NCBI RefSeq assembly: GCF_006345805.1 | Contig: NC_042998.1 | Span: 40,796,001 to 40,860,000 of the forward strand | From: Octopus sinensis | Taxonomy: Eukaryota | Direction: 5' to 3' | DNA: 64,000 nucleotides | Shown here: positions 23,723 through 37,654 of the stretch, piece after piece | Position numbering within the stretch: position 1 is the first letter of the stretch | Layout of the letters: each line of letters starts with the position of its first letter | The notes under the pieces: model-generated | Database searches by the model: none | Seen by the model: only the letters and a program-made list of their open reading frames with translations | What the model was told of the DNA's origin: nothing | Made by a program: the position numbers and the translations under genes

Positions 23723-26700
23723 ATGTTTATCACTTAAATAGTTTCAGTTTCTGTATTCACCCACATTAACCATCCATTTTATAACTGTCATTAGTAACTA
23801 TTTAACCCCCCCCCCAAAAAAAAAACTCCAACTCAGAAAATATCTGTCAGATAATGTGCTTATTAACATGGTTGAGAGTAAATACCTCGGAAACTTTATT
23901 CTTATCAAATCTAAATACGGCATGATCCCACATGTTCGTTACAAACATTTTTGTCATCTGAAATATTTATTAGTGGGTAAAACCTCATTTAAGTGCGTCT
24001 AAACATTTAAGCAATCAAGGGAGATAACTGCAATAAGATCAGTCGATTGAAATTCTTGGACAATACAGATAGTGCAAATTGGAGTGGATCTGGTGTTTAA
24101 AGTCAACTGGTGAAAGCCATGGGACACATTCTGGTTTTAGGCCTTTTCAGCAAAACATTTTACTTGGCAAGACAATACGTTTAGAAATAGGCAAATTGTA
24201 GTGATCCTTTGCAGAACATTCTCTTGGTGTATTTTTTCTCAGTCTTACTGTTGATATTATCTGTGTCACTACATTCCTTTTATTTCTTTAAATAATGATC
24301 ACTCTTAGTAATACTAACAGAGCAGAATGTTTTTTAAGACAATTGATATTACAGAAGCCTGTCAATTGCTTTCGCCGGTTTACTTTAGAGACTGGATCCA
24401 CTCCAATTTTTTTTTGTTTATACTGTCCAAAAAATTTCGGTTAACCGTTTGTATTGGAGTAATTTCTTGTTTTTACATTTTGAAAGTTCTCAGGAAGTTT
24501 TGCCTACAAATTGCTTGAATAATCTCAGTTGATCAAATTTTCAACTCGCTAGATGTGAAAATCCTTTATTACATATGTAAAATGCTTATGCTGTACTTAG
24601 GCACACACAAGAATTTTTTTCGTAAGTTGCAAATGACAGTTGTCAAATGTCCTTTTTATATGTTTTATATGTTGATACTTCTTGAGAAATATGTAGATGT
24701 CAATATTTTGTGAGAAACTTGCTTTTGTCAACAAAGGTGTGTCTTTTGTAATGTTTGTTTGGCATAATCTACATTGATTTCTTTCCTCAAATTTAACATC
24801 TCTCATATCAAGGAAACAACTGTTAACTCTAATCACAATAGATAACAATGGAAAATTTTCATCGTTTATCGAGTTTCGGTACAAATTTTTGAAAATGTTG
24901 GGAAAAAGAAACTTTATTTGAAAGATCTGATACTTTTCTCTATAGTCTTTATGAAGTTGAAATGCAAATTTATTCCCCACATTTAAGCGAACTTATCCAA
25001 TGTAGAATGGTGGTTTAAAAGTTCCATTTAACAAACACCTGTAACAGATTTGAACGTACAGCAGAAACCAGTCTCATTGCATTAACTCCATCCAAGGATT
25101 ATAGACTTGTTATACGTTTTCTCACCAGACTTCTGTGTTCTATTTTATAGCTTTGATTTAAGCAAATATGAATTACGAAAAAAAAAAGTTACAAAATGTC
25201 AGTATCTATGTCTTAAGGTGGGATGGATGAGCTTGAATAACATGGACGAGTTAAGTGATGTGCACTTACACAACGCATTCATACGTTCATTGATATTTTT
25301 ATCCTGTTTGTTTTCTGATTCTTTTTTTGGACGTTATTTTCTCGTAAAAGTATTTTAATTTTTGTTTTTGCTTAACATTTGTTTTATCTGGTAATTTCTT
25401 ATAGTTTTTTTTGTTTCCAAACAAGACTAAATTTAGTGGGGCCTTTCTTTCGTTCTCAAATTTCTGCTTATCATCTTACTATTCTGTAGTTTTGTTGACT
25501 TTGAACATCGCTTACTTTTTTCTTGGGTGTTGTTTGTAGCTAAGAAAAAAGGTACTTGAAGCATGAAAGACTTTTATAAAGAATGTTGGAAATCTTAATT
25601 TGTATCCTTACGAATTCAGTAGCTTCAATAGATATTGGTGTTCGATTTTCGATCGAAGCTAATTTACATTCGCTGTTAACATTTTTCAGCTAGGCATTAT
25701 AGTCATGCAATCAAATCACATTCCCCGTAAACGTTAAATCCTTCTGTCCCAAATCGTTGTTGGTTAAAAATAAAGAAATAAATTTAAAACAGTCACTATT
25801 ATTTAATATTGTATTTACTAGCATTTTTTATGTGTAACCTAATTGAGATGTATTGTTATATGTGCGGCTTGTTAACTATTCTATATTTCTGAATAGATTT
25901 GGCTGTTTTAAATGGTTTTAGGGGAAAGTACAAACTTTTACTGTGACATTGACTAACGATATGGAAGCAGACGATATGATGGAAATTGGGGAAGGTGCTA
26001 GACATCGTTTTTATGTCGTGGTGACAGAAGCGTCAGAACGCCTGGTTAAATATGCATTAAGAGTATTTAGTTTAATCGTTTAGATTCCGAGCTTTAATCC
26101 AACCAGTATCATTAAACTGTAACTTGGTTATATTTTTATAGAGAAAGTACTGTTTGTGTGAAATCATCTCGTTTAATATTCAGCTATCAATATGAAATCT
26201 AAAATCCACTCATAGTATTTTATAACTTGTTGATCTTAAAATGCATTTGATATACTATAGCAAGTTACATATTTTAATTGATAAGGTAACTATTATTCTG
26301 TATCTTTCAATCAAAAGTATTGTTTATTTTCATCTTCTCATTTATTCCTGTATCATTTGAAACGCTAACAAGGAAAATTGGAAAATCTTAATTATAAAAT
26401 GCACTTCATATTTGCAAAGCTTCTATGTCAATCCAAATTTCTATACTTAACAACGTTTATTTTTGATTTTTTTTCTTTTAATTATTATTATTTTTTTAAT
26501 TCAAGCAAGATTGAAAATTTTCTCGTTGAATTTAGATGTAATTTGTATTTACACAGGCATTCCAAGTTACACATCTATAGGTAGATGTATTTTCGTGGCA
26601 AAAGTTTTGGCAATTATCAAATGTTGGTATTTGGGATTGTTCTGGCATTGTGTTCCGGTTGGGAACTTTGTAATATCTAGTTCCAGCTTCCCAAACAAGG

Positions 26701-27012
26701 TCAAGGTGTTAATTTTGTTTTATGTAGAATCATCAGCCACTGTAACAAGCAAACATGACTAACTCACGGCAACGAGTTATATTTAATTCTCTCGTTCTTT
26801 CTCTTTCCTAAAAGAAAACAAAAAAACTTTTTCATAAAAATTTCTGTAAGAGGGTATGAAAATTTTGATTCGGGAAAAAATTGTATCCGACATAGTGATC
26901 CGAGCAAATACATTCAATTAAAAATGTAATATTTCTTTTTCTAATGTCGTAAATAACACACACATACGTACATACATACATGCATACGTACGTACATACA
27001 TTTGTATATGTG

Positions 27013-27046
<34 letters not shown>

Positions 27047-27189
27047 TATACACACACACATGCATGTACCTTTATTTAATGTTAGTCTGTATTCAGTTTG
27101 TATTGCAATAGATGGCATATGTTAATTGTAGTTATTAACTTGCATCACTTATCTAATAATCTATTACAAACTTGAGTTTAGAGAATAAG

Positions 27190-27207
27190 TGTGTGTATAT
27201 ATATGTA

Positions 27208-27266
<59 letters not shown>

Positions 27267-27341
27267 ATCTATATATCTATCTACCTATATCTATCTATAT
27301 ATCTATATATCTATCTACCTATATCTATCTATATCTATCTA

Positions 27342-27412
<71 letters not shown>
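27190..27412. repeat. Compound microsatellite (TATC)n/(TA)n
   Basis: Directly visible. Confidence 0.95.
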
Positions 27413-27416
<4 letters not shown>

Positions 27417-28023
27417 GTCTGTATACACACGTGTAGCAGTGTATTTTAGCTTGAAAACATTCCTAATTTATAGTCCACTAAGCCCTACACTTTGCCTTGG
27501 TTGGTTTCAATATACGATACTGTTTGTTACCGATGCAACTTAGTTAATTAGATATTGATTTGTTTTGTGTAAAAGATGAGTGCTTCGATCTAAATTAGGT
27601 TAAGAAAAAAAAATTAGAAATGCCCTTAAAATATATTTCCAACAATTTGATTTATATATAAAAAAAAATTAAATCAAATCGAAAAATGATCTCAGTGCAA
27701 ATGCTAATCATTTGATAATTTTATAGTTTAAACAGTTTTTGAATGCAACATGATAGAATATTTAGTTCGCATGATAGTATACTGTTAAAGCTATTTGTTT
27801 CTTATAAGTTCAATCGAATTGCCTATTATTTTGTTTCCTACGTTCTGCTACTACCGTCTGACTGTTTTCAATCGAATTTTCTACTTGATCTATGTCTTTT
27901 TCGTTTGTGTGTGATTATTTTTATTCTTAAATTTTATTTTGCACATAATGACAACTTTTGATTGTAGACGCAAACAGCAGTTGGTGGTGGTGTATGTTGT
28001 GTGTACAAACACGCACACCAAGG

Positions 28024-28024
<1 letters not shown>

Positions 28025-28095
<71 letters not shown>

Positions 28096-28482
28096 TATAT
28101 ATACACACACATATAAATATATATACACACACACACATATATGCACACACATATATGCACACATATATGCACACATATATGCACACACATATATGCACAC
28201 ACATATATGCACACACATATATGCACACACATATATGCACACACATATATGCACACACATATATACACACACATATATACACACACATATATACACACAC
28301 ATATACACACACACATATATATACATACACTATCTATATACACACATATATACACACACACACACATATATATATACACACACATAAATATACATACATA
28401 CATAACATATATGTATATACATACACACACACATATATACACACACACACACACACATTATATATACATACACACGTGTGTG
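28025..28482. repeat. Compound (TA)/(CA) microsatellite with a higher-order 14-bp unit ATATATGCACACAC
   Basis: Directly visible; explains the HTHIY/CVYI ORFs. Confidence 0.95.
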
Positions 28483-28604
28483 TGTGACAATTAGTTGGTT
28501 GTCATAATAAACTCAATATGGGATACCGGGGCTGAAGTCTGCAGCAGACTTTAGCCCCAGTTTCCGAAACTGAGTTTTATTATGACAACCAACTAATTGT
28601 CACA
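28483..28604. repeat. 122-bp hairpin (perfect 34-bp outer arms plus inner GGGGCTGAAGTCTGC/GCAGACTTTAGCCCC stem)
   Basis: 28483-28516 is the exact reverse complement of 28571-28604. Confidence 0.92.
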
Positions 28605-29442
28605 TATTATATTTATAGATAAATTCCTCTATTTTACATAATATCGAGGTCTCATTCATTCTTTTGTTGTCATATTATTATTATTACTATTATATATATA
28701 AACATAGGTACATATATAGGCTATATACATATATAGACGTGTGTGTGTGTTTCTGCATAATTTTATTATTTTACATTTTTATTTCATTAGACCATGCTGG
28801 AGTATTATCATAAAGGGTTTAATTCGATATGAGTACTTATTTTTAACCGAGTACTTACTCTTGTTCATTTTATGCTAAACCACTAAGTTACAGGGATGTA
28901 AACATGCACACGTAAACACGACACACACATAGACATATTTGTCTATTCGTTCATTCGGTTTTTACGAACTTTTTCCCGTGCTTGCTTGGGTTAGATGATT
29001 ATATTATTGAGACATATATTTTCATCCAAATGGACCTCCTGAAGCTATTCTTAGTTGTTTTTCAACGCATCTTTTGAGAGTGCAAGGCCAGCAGAAAATT
29101 TGTTTAATATCACCCCTAGTAGTTCGTGGTTTTCGGAGCAGCGAACATGTAAACAAGGATACACACACACACACACACACTATGCTTCAAGTTTTTTTTT
29201 TTTTAACCGGGTGCACAATCGTTGTGTAAGGGTTTATTATAGAAGACGTTTTGCCCCAAGGTAACAAAGTGAATTTCTTTACTACACGCACACACATGCA
29301 GAGCATGGCTTGAGGCACACACCCATACCTGCGCCTATTGACGTGTGTGTTTATGTATATCGATCTATATCGACTTGTGTACCTTTTCGTCTCTCTAGAA
29401 TGTGTGTGTATGTATGTGTGCGTATGTATATGTGTGTATGTG

Positions 29443-29476
<34 letters not shown>

Positions 29477-29539
29477 TGTGTTTTCTGTATATAATGTGGA
29501 TGTGTGTATGTAAGTATAGATACATACATATTTAAAGAC

Positions 29540-29960
29540 ATGTGGCGGGGAGGGGGTAAGAATTTTACTTGTCAACCACCTGGATTTGGATTCAGTCCAA
29601 CTTTGTTGACCTTGATAAATTGTATTTATGAGTGGATTTAATAGATAGAAACTGAAAGAAACCCATTATTTATACATTTGTGTGTGGGTATGTAAGTGTG
29701 TGTATATATATATATATATATACACATATATATATTGTAAGTGGGTGTGTATATTTGTCTTCTTGCCCTGACATTGTGTGATTGCTGTAAGTGAATATCA
29801 TTCATTTCCATTCTGTAAAAACGTCTCTTTATAGGGAAATATTGCTTTGTTTGGAAACAAATAAGCATTGGTGACAGAAGGGGCATCTGTCTGTAGAAAA
29901 ATTTCTTTCAATAAACTCCATCTGATTCATGCAAGTAGGAAAAAGTAGATAAAGGTGTGT
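29540..29960 (+). mobile_element. Degenerate SINE copy with internal microsatellite
   Basis: GGATTCAGTCC B-box variant and GAAACTGAAAGAAACCC segment shared with the 23.4 kb SINE. Confidence 0.6.
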
Positions 29961-30714
29961 ATGTTTATGTGTGTGTGTGTGTGTATATATGTATATTGCG
30001 TGTGTAGATCTATGTATATACAGATGTACGTGCATGTGTGTGCATATATATGTATGCAAAATGAATATATTTGACAAGCAGCAAAAGAAGCTAGTAGAAT
30101 AAGTACCAGGCTTTAAAAAACAAGTACTAAGGTCAATTTGTTTGATTAAAATTCTTCAAGGTGGTGCCCCAGTCTGTCTGCAGTCTAATGATGGAAATAA
30201 GTAAAATATCTGTCTGTCTGTCTGCATAGTTATGTGTGTGTGTGTGTATATATATATAATAATATAAATAATATATAAATATATGCATATATACATACAT
30301 ATATGTACATACCTACATATATATGTATATATACAGATGCATATATGGGTACAGGACATCAAAAAACGTTAAACACAAAAAGAAACGAAAACATAAAAAC
30401 AAAAATATAGAAACGAACTTTTTTCGAACAACAACAAAAAAAAGAAACAGAGAAACGAGACATACAACATAAAGAATATTCCCCTTCTTCAGTTGTCCCT
30501 GTTTCAACTACTCCACGTTTTGAAGGCATGGACAAGACGCGACTTCGTTGAAACAGTCCTTCCTGCAAAGCAAATTAAATAAAATTTGGGATTTTTTGCA
30601 GAGGATAAAAGTGGCAACAAGAACAGAACAGTAAGAACAAAACAGTAAAAACAATAAAAAAGTAAAAACAAATGGTGAGGGCTGTTAAGCCAAGATGATG
30701 GAAAAATTATTCTG

Positions 30715-32142
30715 AACTTGGCAATGCCCGGGAATGAAATTGTTCCTTATATTTGCTTTATAGAAATTTGTTATTCTAAATTGAATTTATTCTTCAATTG
30801 GGAAATCATTTCTGAATTCATAATACAAAGAAAAATAATAATTATAATGAAAAATTTTATATGCACAGTGTTGTTCTGGAAAAAGTTTAGGTTCATGTTC
30901 ATTCACAAATGCAGCCAGGTTTGTGATGTCATTATTTGTCTTTCTTGCTATGTCGCTTGAAGTTAAATCACTAATTTGACAGTTTGCTTTTGGCAATCTG
31001 GAGCCAGACTCTTGCAAATTTTTGCCTCCCATGACCAAAACTTGATCCTTAATTTCAATCAGTGCTTAGTTAAAAATTGTTTCAGAGAACTGAATATTGA
31101 TATCTGGGTTTGCCTGTTAAACTGCATACTTTAAGTCCTCAGCCATGTCCTCGCAATGTTTCATCCAAAGCTGTAGGGGACTGCCAAGTTGACACATGTT
31201 CAGTATAATTGCAAAAAGGTTACGGAGTTTCCTTGGAGAATCTGATACTGATGCTTCAGTCAATGAAAGGTCCCAATGTTCATCATTTTCAAAAAAAAAA
31301 ACATTGTTGTTATTATGCTTCTCTATAAGTTTCACACACATGATCTATCCTCCTTTAATCTTGGAATGATCTGGGACCACGTACTTCATGCAAAAGGAGA
31401 CGTAATTATTTCTACAGGTGTAATACTTGGGTAATTGTGGGTAAAGGAGTTTTCTTGCATCTTCATTACTTGACACAACTTAAAAAAAGGCAGTAAAGAC
31501 ACTTTCTTTTGGAGAAAGTGCTTGTTGCAAGGCTGTTTGTTTTGTAAAGATAACCCTGTGATCATTCTCTTGATGGACTCTCAGATGAATGATAGCTGGG
31601 TGCTTTGCATGAGTGGGAAAATTGAAGATGCCCCAGAAAGCTTCATTGGTACTGATATGTCTTCCTCTGTCATACTGCGCATCCTCATCATTTTTATTTA
31701 CCTGCTGACTGCCATTCTGCATAAGAGTGTATGTTGCAGCATCTAAATCTTTGTTTATATATTTGCAAACATACTTAATAGAGTTAACAGAGTTACAGAA
31801 TTCAACATTGACTCTGGTTACCTGTACTTGTCTTCACTGTAGAATACCGATTGTCTGCATCTACCCCGACTCGTCTTGTAGAGTGTGAGAACATTGTTCT
31901 TGGAAACTTTTTCGATAATTAAAATAGGGGTTAAATGAAAAAAATGAGTTACTTGAATATGTTCACGATAGTAATTGAAATAAATAGCAATTGTGGAACA
32001 CCCCACGCATGCACACACATACACACAGAATATCAAGCATCAGATGAACTGGCTGTGTGTGTGTGTGTGAGAGAGAGGCAAAGAGAGAAGGGGTATTGTC
32101 ATGTATACGTACATACATAAATATGCATACATCTTTTTTGTA

Positions 32143-32174
<32 letters not shown>

Positions 32175-32660
32175 TGAATGCCACTTAGACATCACTCTCT
32201 CTCTCTCACACATAATACAAAAAAGATGTATGCATACGTATTTATGTATGTACAAATACATGACAACACACTCCTTGACTCTCTCTCTCTCACAAACATA
32301 CATACATAAATGTATACAAATGTACTTACAAAAACATGTATGTATTTGTGACTGTTTTGTGTGTGTGTGTGAGAGAGAAAGAGTGGGGGAGAGAGAACAT
32401 TGCGAACAATGAATGAAATAAACATGAAATGAAAAAGTCATATAAATAAAAGCTCCTCTACCGAATGTTTAAATTTGTGAACTTTGTAAATATTTCTTTC
32501 AGAAATTTATCGTAGTTGCTTAAAAATAGTGAATCAAAACTTGAAATGAAAACATCAAAATAGTGAGATTTTGCAAATGAAAACGGAAAATTTTGCCATT
32601 GCTACATCAATATCGGAAGTTGACATTGAGGAACCTTTTTAAAGAAATGAATCATATATA
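30715..32660 (-). mobile_element. Internally deleted Helitron retaining Rep C-terminal motif and Rep-helicase linker fragments
   Basis: Minus-strand NVEFCNSVNSIKYVCKYINKD (~31745-31810), RHISTNEAFWGIFNFP...LRVHQEN (31480-31722) and ENDEHWDLSLTEAS...LRNLFAIIL (31117-31341). Ends are homologous to the 47.7-50 kb copy. Confidence 0.85.
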
Positions 32661-33284
32661 TAAAGCAATATTATTTATTTTTAATAAAAAAAAATCAAAT
32701 CAAAAGCCAAACATGTGTCCAAAGTCAAATTATTCCTGCATCCCAAATATGGAAGCAATTAGTGAAGACATTTTCACGTGAAAAGTGAATACACACACAT
32801 CTGTTTTATATATTAGATGTATATGTATAGATATGTGTGTGTAAATATATATTATATATATATGCTGTATGTGTATATGTTTTATATAAATAGATGAGTG
32901 AGCAGACAAACTAAAGAAAAAATGCACTCAACATATTTAGCAGGAGTTACATTATTATTCAAAACAGTTTGATTTTGACTCCATGTAGGCTTCTTACAGA
33001 AATCTGGCTCCTTCATCTTCAGATTACCAATTGGTAAAATACAGCAAGTCCATGATGGCTACTGAAAAATGTGCTGTTATTGGCCAAGGCTGGTCACATG
33101 GTGTTAGAAATGCCATTTTAATGACAGCAGATGTGTTAGAAAGGAGAATTCTTAGATTGCATGACTGGACAAGAATCTGGTGATGCCATAGTGTCTGATG
33201 GGCCATTGAAGGGACTTGGAAGCTGACAGAAGCAAGGCTGGTGAGAGTGTGTGTAAGTATGTGTATATATATATATATATACAC

Positions 33285-33567
33285 ATCCAAGCGTGGCCGT
33301 CTGCCAGCCTTGTCTGGCACCTGTGTCGGTGGCACATAAAAAAACACCATCCGAGCGTGGCCGTTTGCCAGCCTCGTCTGGCACCTGTGTCGGTGGCACA
33401 TAAAATCACCCACTACACTCTCGGAGTGGTTGGCGTTAGGAAGGGCATCCAGCTGTAGAAACACTGCCAGATCTGACTGGACTGGTGCAGCCTTCGGGCT
33501 CCCCAGACCCCAGTTGAACCGTCCAACCCATGCTAGCATGGAAAGCGGACGTTAAATGATGATGATG

Positions 33568-33570
<3 letters not shown>
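33285..33570 (+). mobile_element. RTE-LINE 3' end / RTE-tailed SINE-like fragment
   Basis: GGTTGGCGTTAGGAAGGGCATCCAGCTGTAGAAAC ... GGACGTTAAATGATGATGATG tail, with two ~60-bp internal tandem units. Related copies at ~37655, 38690, 40240, 51890, 52540 (minus) and 57370 (plus). Confidence 0.75.
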
Positions 33571-33611
<41 letters not shown>

Positions 33612-33649
33612 ATGTGTGTGTGTGCATGTAAATACATGTAGGATAGTTC

Positions 33650-33990
33650 CTCTGAAGAGAACCAGAAAGATAATCTGGTTCAACCCTCCATTTAACTTAG
33701 AAGTTTCCACAAGCATAGCCAGAAGTTTCCTGTTGTTGATTAAGAAGCATTTTCCCAAGGGCAACAAGTACTATAAACTCTTTAATTCCCATAACATCAT
33801 GGTGAGCTACTCTTGCATAGATAATATCACCTCTAACATTGCATGCTGCAGCAGATGCAAACATACACCTGCACAACCTCCAGTCCCAACCTGTAACTGT
33901 CAAAACCTTACCTGCTGTTCTCTAAGAGGATCCTGCCTTTCAAGGGCTGTAGTCTACAGAGCCAACCTCACACCATCCAATGACATCACC
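33650..33990 (+). pseudogene. Penelope-like element fragment (RT C-terminus, Cys-rich linker, start of GIY-YIG endonuclease)
   Basis: RKIIWFNPPF...KHF...LFN...SYSC...CNC...C..RG.CL...VVYRA matches the Neptune/Poseidon-type PLE linker pattern. Confidence 0.85.
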
Positions 33991-34399
33991 AAGAGAAGGC
34001 ACACATAACTTATGTACTTGCTTAAATGCAGGGATAGAGAGAACTCCATCTCTTTGTCTCATTTCCTCTGTAGACTATGTGACCTCCAGTAATAAACTCC
34101 CAACATCAAATGAATCATCATCGACAAGGCCTTTAGTTGCTAGCTCTGCCTCCATGAAAGACCGCATGTTTTCCACCTATCTGCAGTATCTATCAACTGG
34201 AAATATGAACTATTTTATTGCTGCCATCAGAGGTTTGCCTTTCTGGCAAACTTCAAACCATTGACCACTGACAACCTAGATATACCACATTAATATTAGC
34301 TGCTCCACAACCAAGAACAGGGTCTCTAACCACCAATGCCTACAAAGACCTCAGGCCTATCCCACAACTTTATGCAGCCCTTGCAGTTTGTGGCTGAGC

Positions 34400-34900
34400 A
34401 TTATTCTGATGCTTGAAACCATGGATGTTCGCTTTTCTTCTAGCGCTGACTTAAGCCACTCAAGCTGCTTGCAGTAGATTTCCTTTGTTATCATTTGGTT
34501 TGGGTTTAAAGGTTCAAAGTGGACTAAACGTTTCATTATCCCACCAAACAGATAACACCTTACATGGGTGAAGACCTTCTTTAGCCTTGGGTACCAGTGT
34601 TTCTCCTTTCCCTACCGACTGTCTTCGGTGCTTGACATTTTCATAGAGAACCCATTTCTCATCACCAGTCACTATTTGGTCCAAAATAAAGGTTCATTTG
34701 TGAGACATAACAGCAAAGAAGAGCACACATTCACTCTCTGCGTGCGATTAGACTTGGAAAGCTTGAGGAACCTATTGACCCGATTTGCTGATTTTTCTGA
34801 TGGCACACAGGTGTTAGTTAATGAATGGTTGAATGACCAAATCCAAGCTTCTCTGCTAGTTCCTCAACAATTATGATGGTATTTTGTTTTCATATACTGC
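34400..34900 (-). pseudogene. Mariner (DD34D) transposase remnant
   Basis: Minus-strand fragments IVTGDEKW and LHP..KV.SVWWD, with frameshifts. Confidence 0.75.
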
Positions 34901-35479
34901 ATTAATATTCCTCTCACTTTCCATTGCGTTTTTGCCTTTATTGAACTTATAGCTTTGAAAACATAACTGTTAAAATCGAACTGCACTCTTCAAAACTTGC
35001 ACTAAGAATAAGTACAAAGTAAAATTAGTACCTGCTTTTATAGTAAGTTGATGCAGGTAGTTTATCCCATCCCACTCTGACTTTTAGTTCATGCAATTGT
35101 AAAAATTGTACTATCAGTGGGATGATCCAATGTATATATACATACATATATATATACATACATACATACATATATATACATATATATATATACTTGTACA
35201 TATGTTTGTCTTCTGAATATATTTAGCGACATGTATGGTGATGATATATCAAGCCTAATGGTGTTTATCTGCATCATTATCTCTATGTATGTGTGTATAT
35301 ATATCTACTGATATATAGATGTATATATGCTAAACCTACGATTGAGAAATTTCAGTGTCAACTTAGCCAATACAAAGGTTATAGTAAATAGAAAAGAAGA
35401 CAAACCCTTAGTACTTTCAAGGTAACTTCTTTGCTTGAAATGCAAATAAGTATGATCTCCATATGCTGCACGCTATGTA

Positions 35480-36050
35480 AACTATGGATACCTCAGATGT
35501 AGTGGAATTGCAGCAAGACTAGTGGAGAACGTAAGCTCTGTATGTTATAGATGCACTTGAGCAGTATGTACAATAGACCAGAAATAGACTCTCTTGGATG
35601 GTAATTTGTAAGGGAGTGCTTTCTCTGAAAGTGTATTACCAAGTATAAAACAGGTTGGAGAAAGTTCAGGCAACAAACCTCTTTTCGTTCTGGGTGAAAG
35701 GTAGATTGTATGATGCTTGTGTTAGGACTGCAATGCTGCATGGTAGTGGAACATGAGCTTTGAATGCAAAGGACTTGAGAAAACTGTTAAATACGTAATG
35801 TAAGTGTGCATGAACAACATAATATAAATGTACTGAGTGGAAAACTGGGTATGAGAGGAATCAGCTGTAGTGTACAAAAAAGAAAACTGTGCTGACATGT
35901 GATGTGTGTATAGATGATAACAGTTGAATAAAGAAGACATGGAATGTAGTGGTAAAATCTGACCTCAACAGAGGATATGACAACAAACTGGGATGACTGG
36001 CAATATGCAGTTCTTGAGAAAACCTGCCCACCTCATCGAAACTGGGCTCT
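35480..36050 (+). mobile_element. RTE LINE RT C-terminal fragment
   Basis: GWRKFR...VKGRLYDACVRTAMLHGSGT motif, homologous to the minus copy at 38344-38598. Confidence 0.75.
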
Positions 36051-37587
36051 GAAAGCACTCTGTGTGTGTGCGTGTATGCGTGCACAAATGGATACTTCAC
36101 CCAATCTCCTATCCCCACTCTCCTTCATGTCTCACTGCACCTCTCTTGATACAGAGACAGTTTGTATAGCATGTTGCTTTTCCATGCCTGATTGCACATG
36201 AACAAGTTAAATACCGCTGTACATAGCTATTTCATTCATTGCTACTTAGTGTGCCTCTAATTAATATATTCCAGCTTGACAAAACTTTTTGCACATAGCA
36301 AACATGCCATTTGGTACTAGCTATTAGTGGCCATGTATGATGGTTTGTATACATAGCTGATGAAGCATAATAGTACAGAAACACACACATTCTATGGTCT
36401 GGTGATATCATTCATGGCCTAGTGGTGTGTTTACACCTATATTGTCTATAAGAAGAATTTTTTCCCTCAAGACAATTTGTGCAGTATATTGTCTTTCTAT
36501 GTCCGCATGTAAATGAACAAGTTAAATATGATTGTAAATAAGTGTATAATATTTGTTGTGAGTTTTTTATGTTACCATTATATAGTTCTTAACATTTATA
36601 ATATGTATATAGAGGCAACTACTTTGTTGTTTTGAATCTCTTACAATATGAAAGAATATTTTGGACTATAGAGAGATGAGAGAAATATATTGAAAAAGCA
36701 TTTCACTAAGAAGTCGTATTTATTCACACTTTATCTATTGTATGGAATGAGAAGTAAATGTAATTTTAAAATTTACGCGCAGCTTGGAACATTCCCAATT
36801 ATTTTCTTCTCTTGTGAAAATAACTTCTCAGCTGCAGTTGTTACAATAGCTACAGATAAATCATAAGCCATCTCCTTATTGTGCTGTTATTAGAAGTTTA
36901 GTTCAAGCCGTTTCCAGCAGAGTGCTTAAACTTGTACTTCCTCATGCATGTCTCGACAAATGCTCACTCAGTAACGTTCATGTAGAACACCATAGATTAA
37001 AGGAGAACTACAATTGTTTGGTTAGAATGTGTGTTACGTAGTAAGCTGTTTCATTGGTTTTTTCAATCCTATTGCAAGGAAGAGACACATCTTGACAAGA
37101 GTCAATTATATCATATCTTTTCATTGGACAAGTAAATTCAAATTTAACAAAAAGAAATATAGTATATTTTTTCTTTCAACTTTTAAGACCTTGATATTTG
37201 AACACAAGTAATTATTTTAATCTATCTAAATCACTTCAATTTGAAGCAGCTTTCTTAATTTTATCTTTTACACTAAAAAGTGAGAAAATATTTTGTGGAT
37301 TAAGAGACATTAAGATAGCATTTCATTAAGGGGAAGTTGTTTTGTTTCATAGGTCATCAGTTATATAAATGTGTGTATATATATTTGTGCTTATATGTAT
37401 ATATATCTGTGTATATATAATGGTCTATGTTTATGTGTATGGATATGTATATATATGAGTATAAACTATGTTTTTATATATACCTATTATTTTAAGGAAA
37501 TCAATTCCCCCAAAATACTAGGTATTGAACCAGTATTACCATGGATGAAACCATCCCTTCATGTAGTTAACACAACCTTTAATCGAA

Positions 37588-37645
<58 letters not shown>

Positions 37646-37654
37646 ATATAATCA

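Noticed and set aside
25962-25995. MEADDMMEIGE as a fourth phase-1 first exon
   Set aside because: The donor would be GTGCTA, a poor match to consensus; no other support.
26832-30362. Many overlapping ORFs rich in YI/HT/CV
   Set aside because: Translations of (TA)n/(CA)n/(TATC)n microsatellites, which lack stop codons in most frames.
33288-33405. Direct repeats as a CRISPR-like array
   Set aside because: Only two adjacent ~60-bp units inside an RTE 3' region, no unique spacers, and eukaryotic context.
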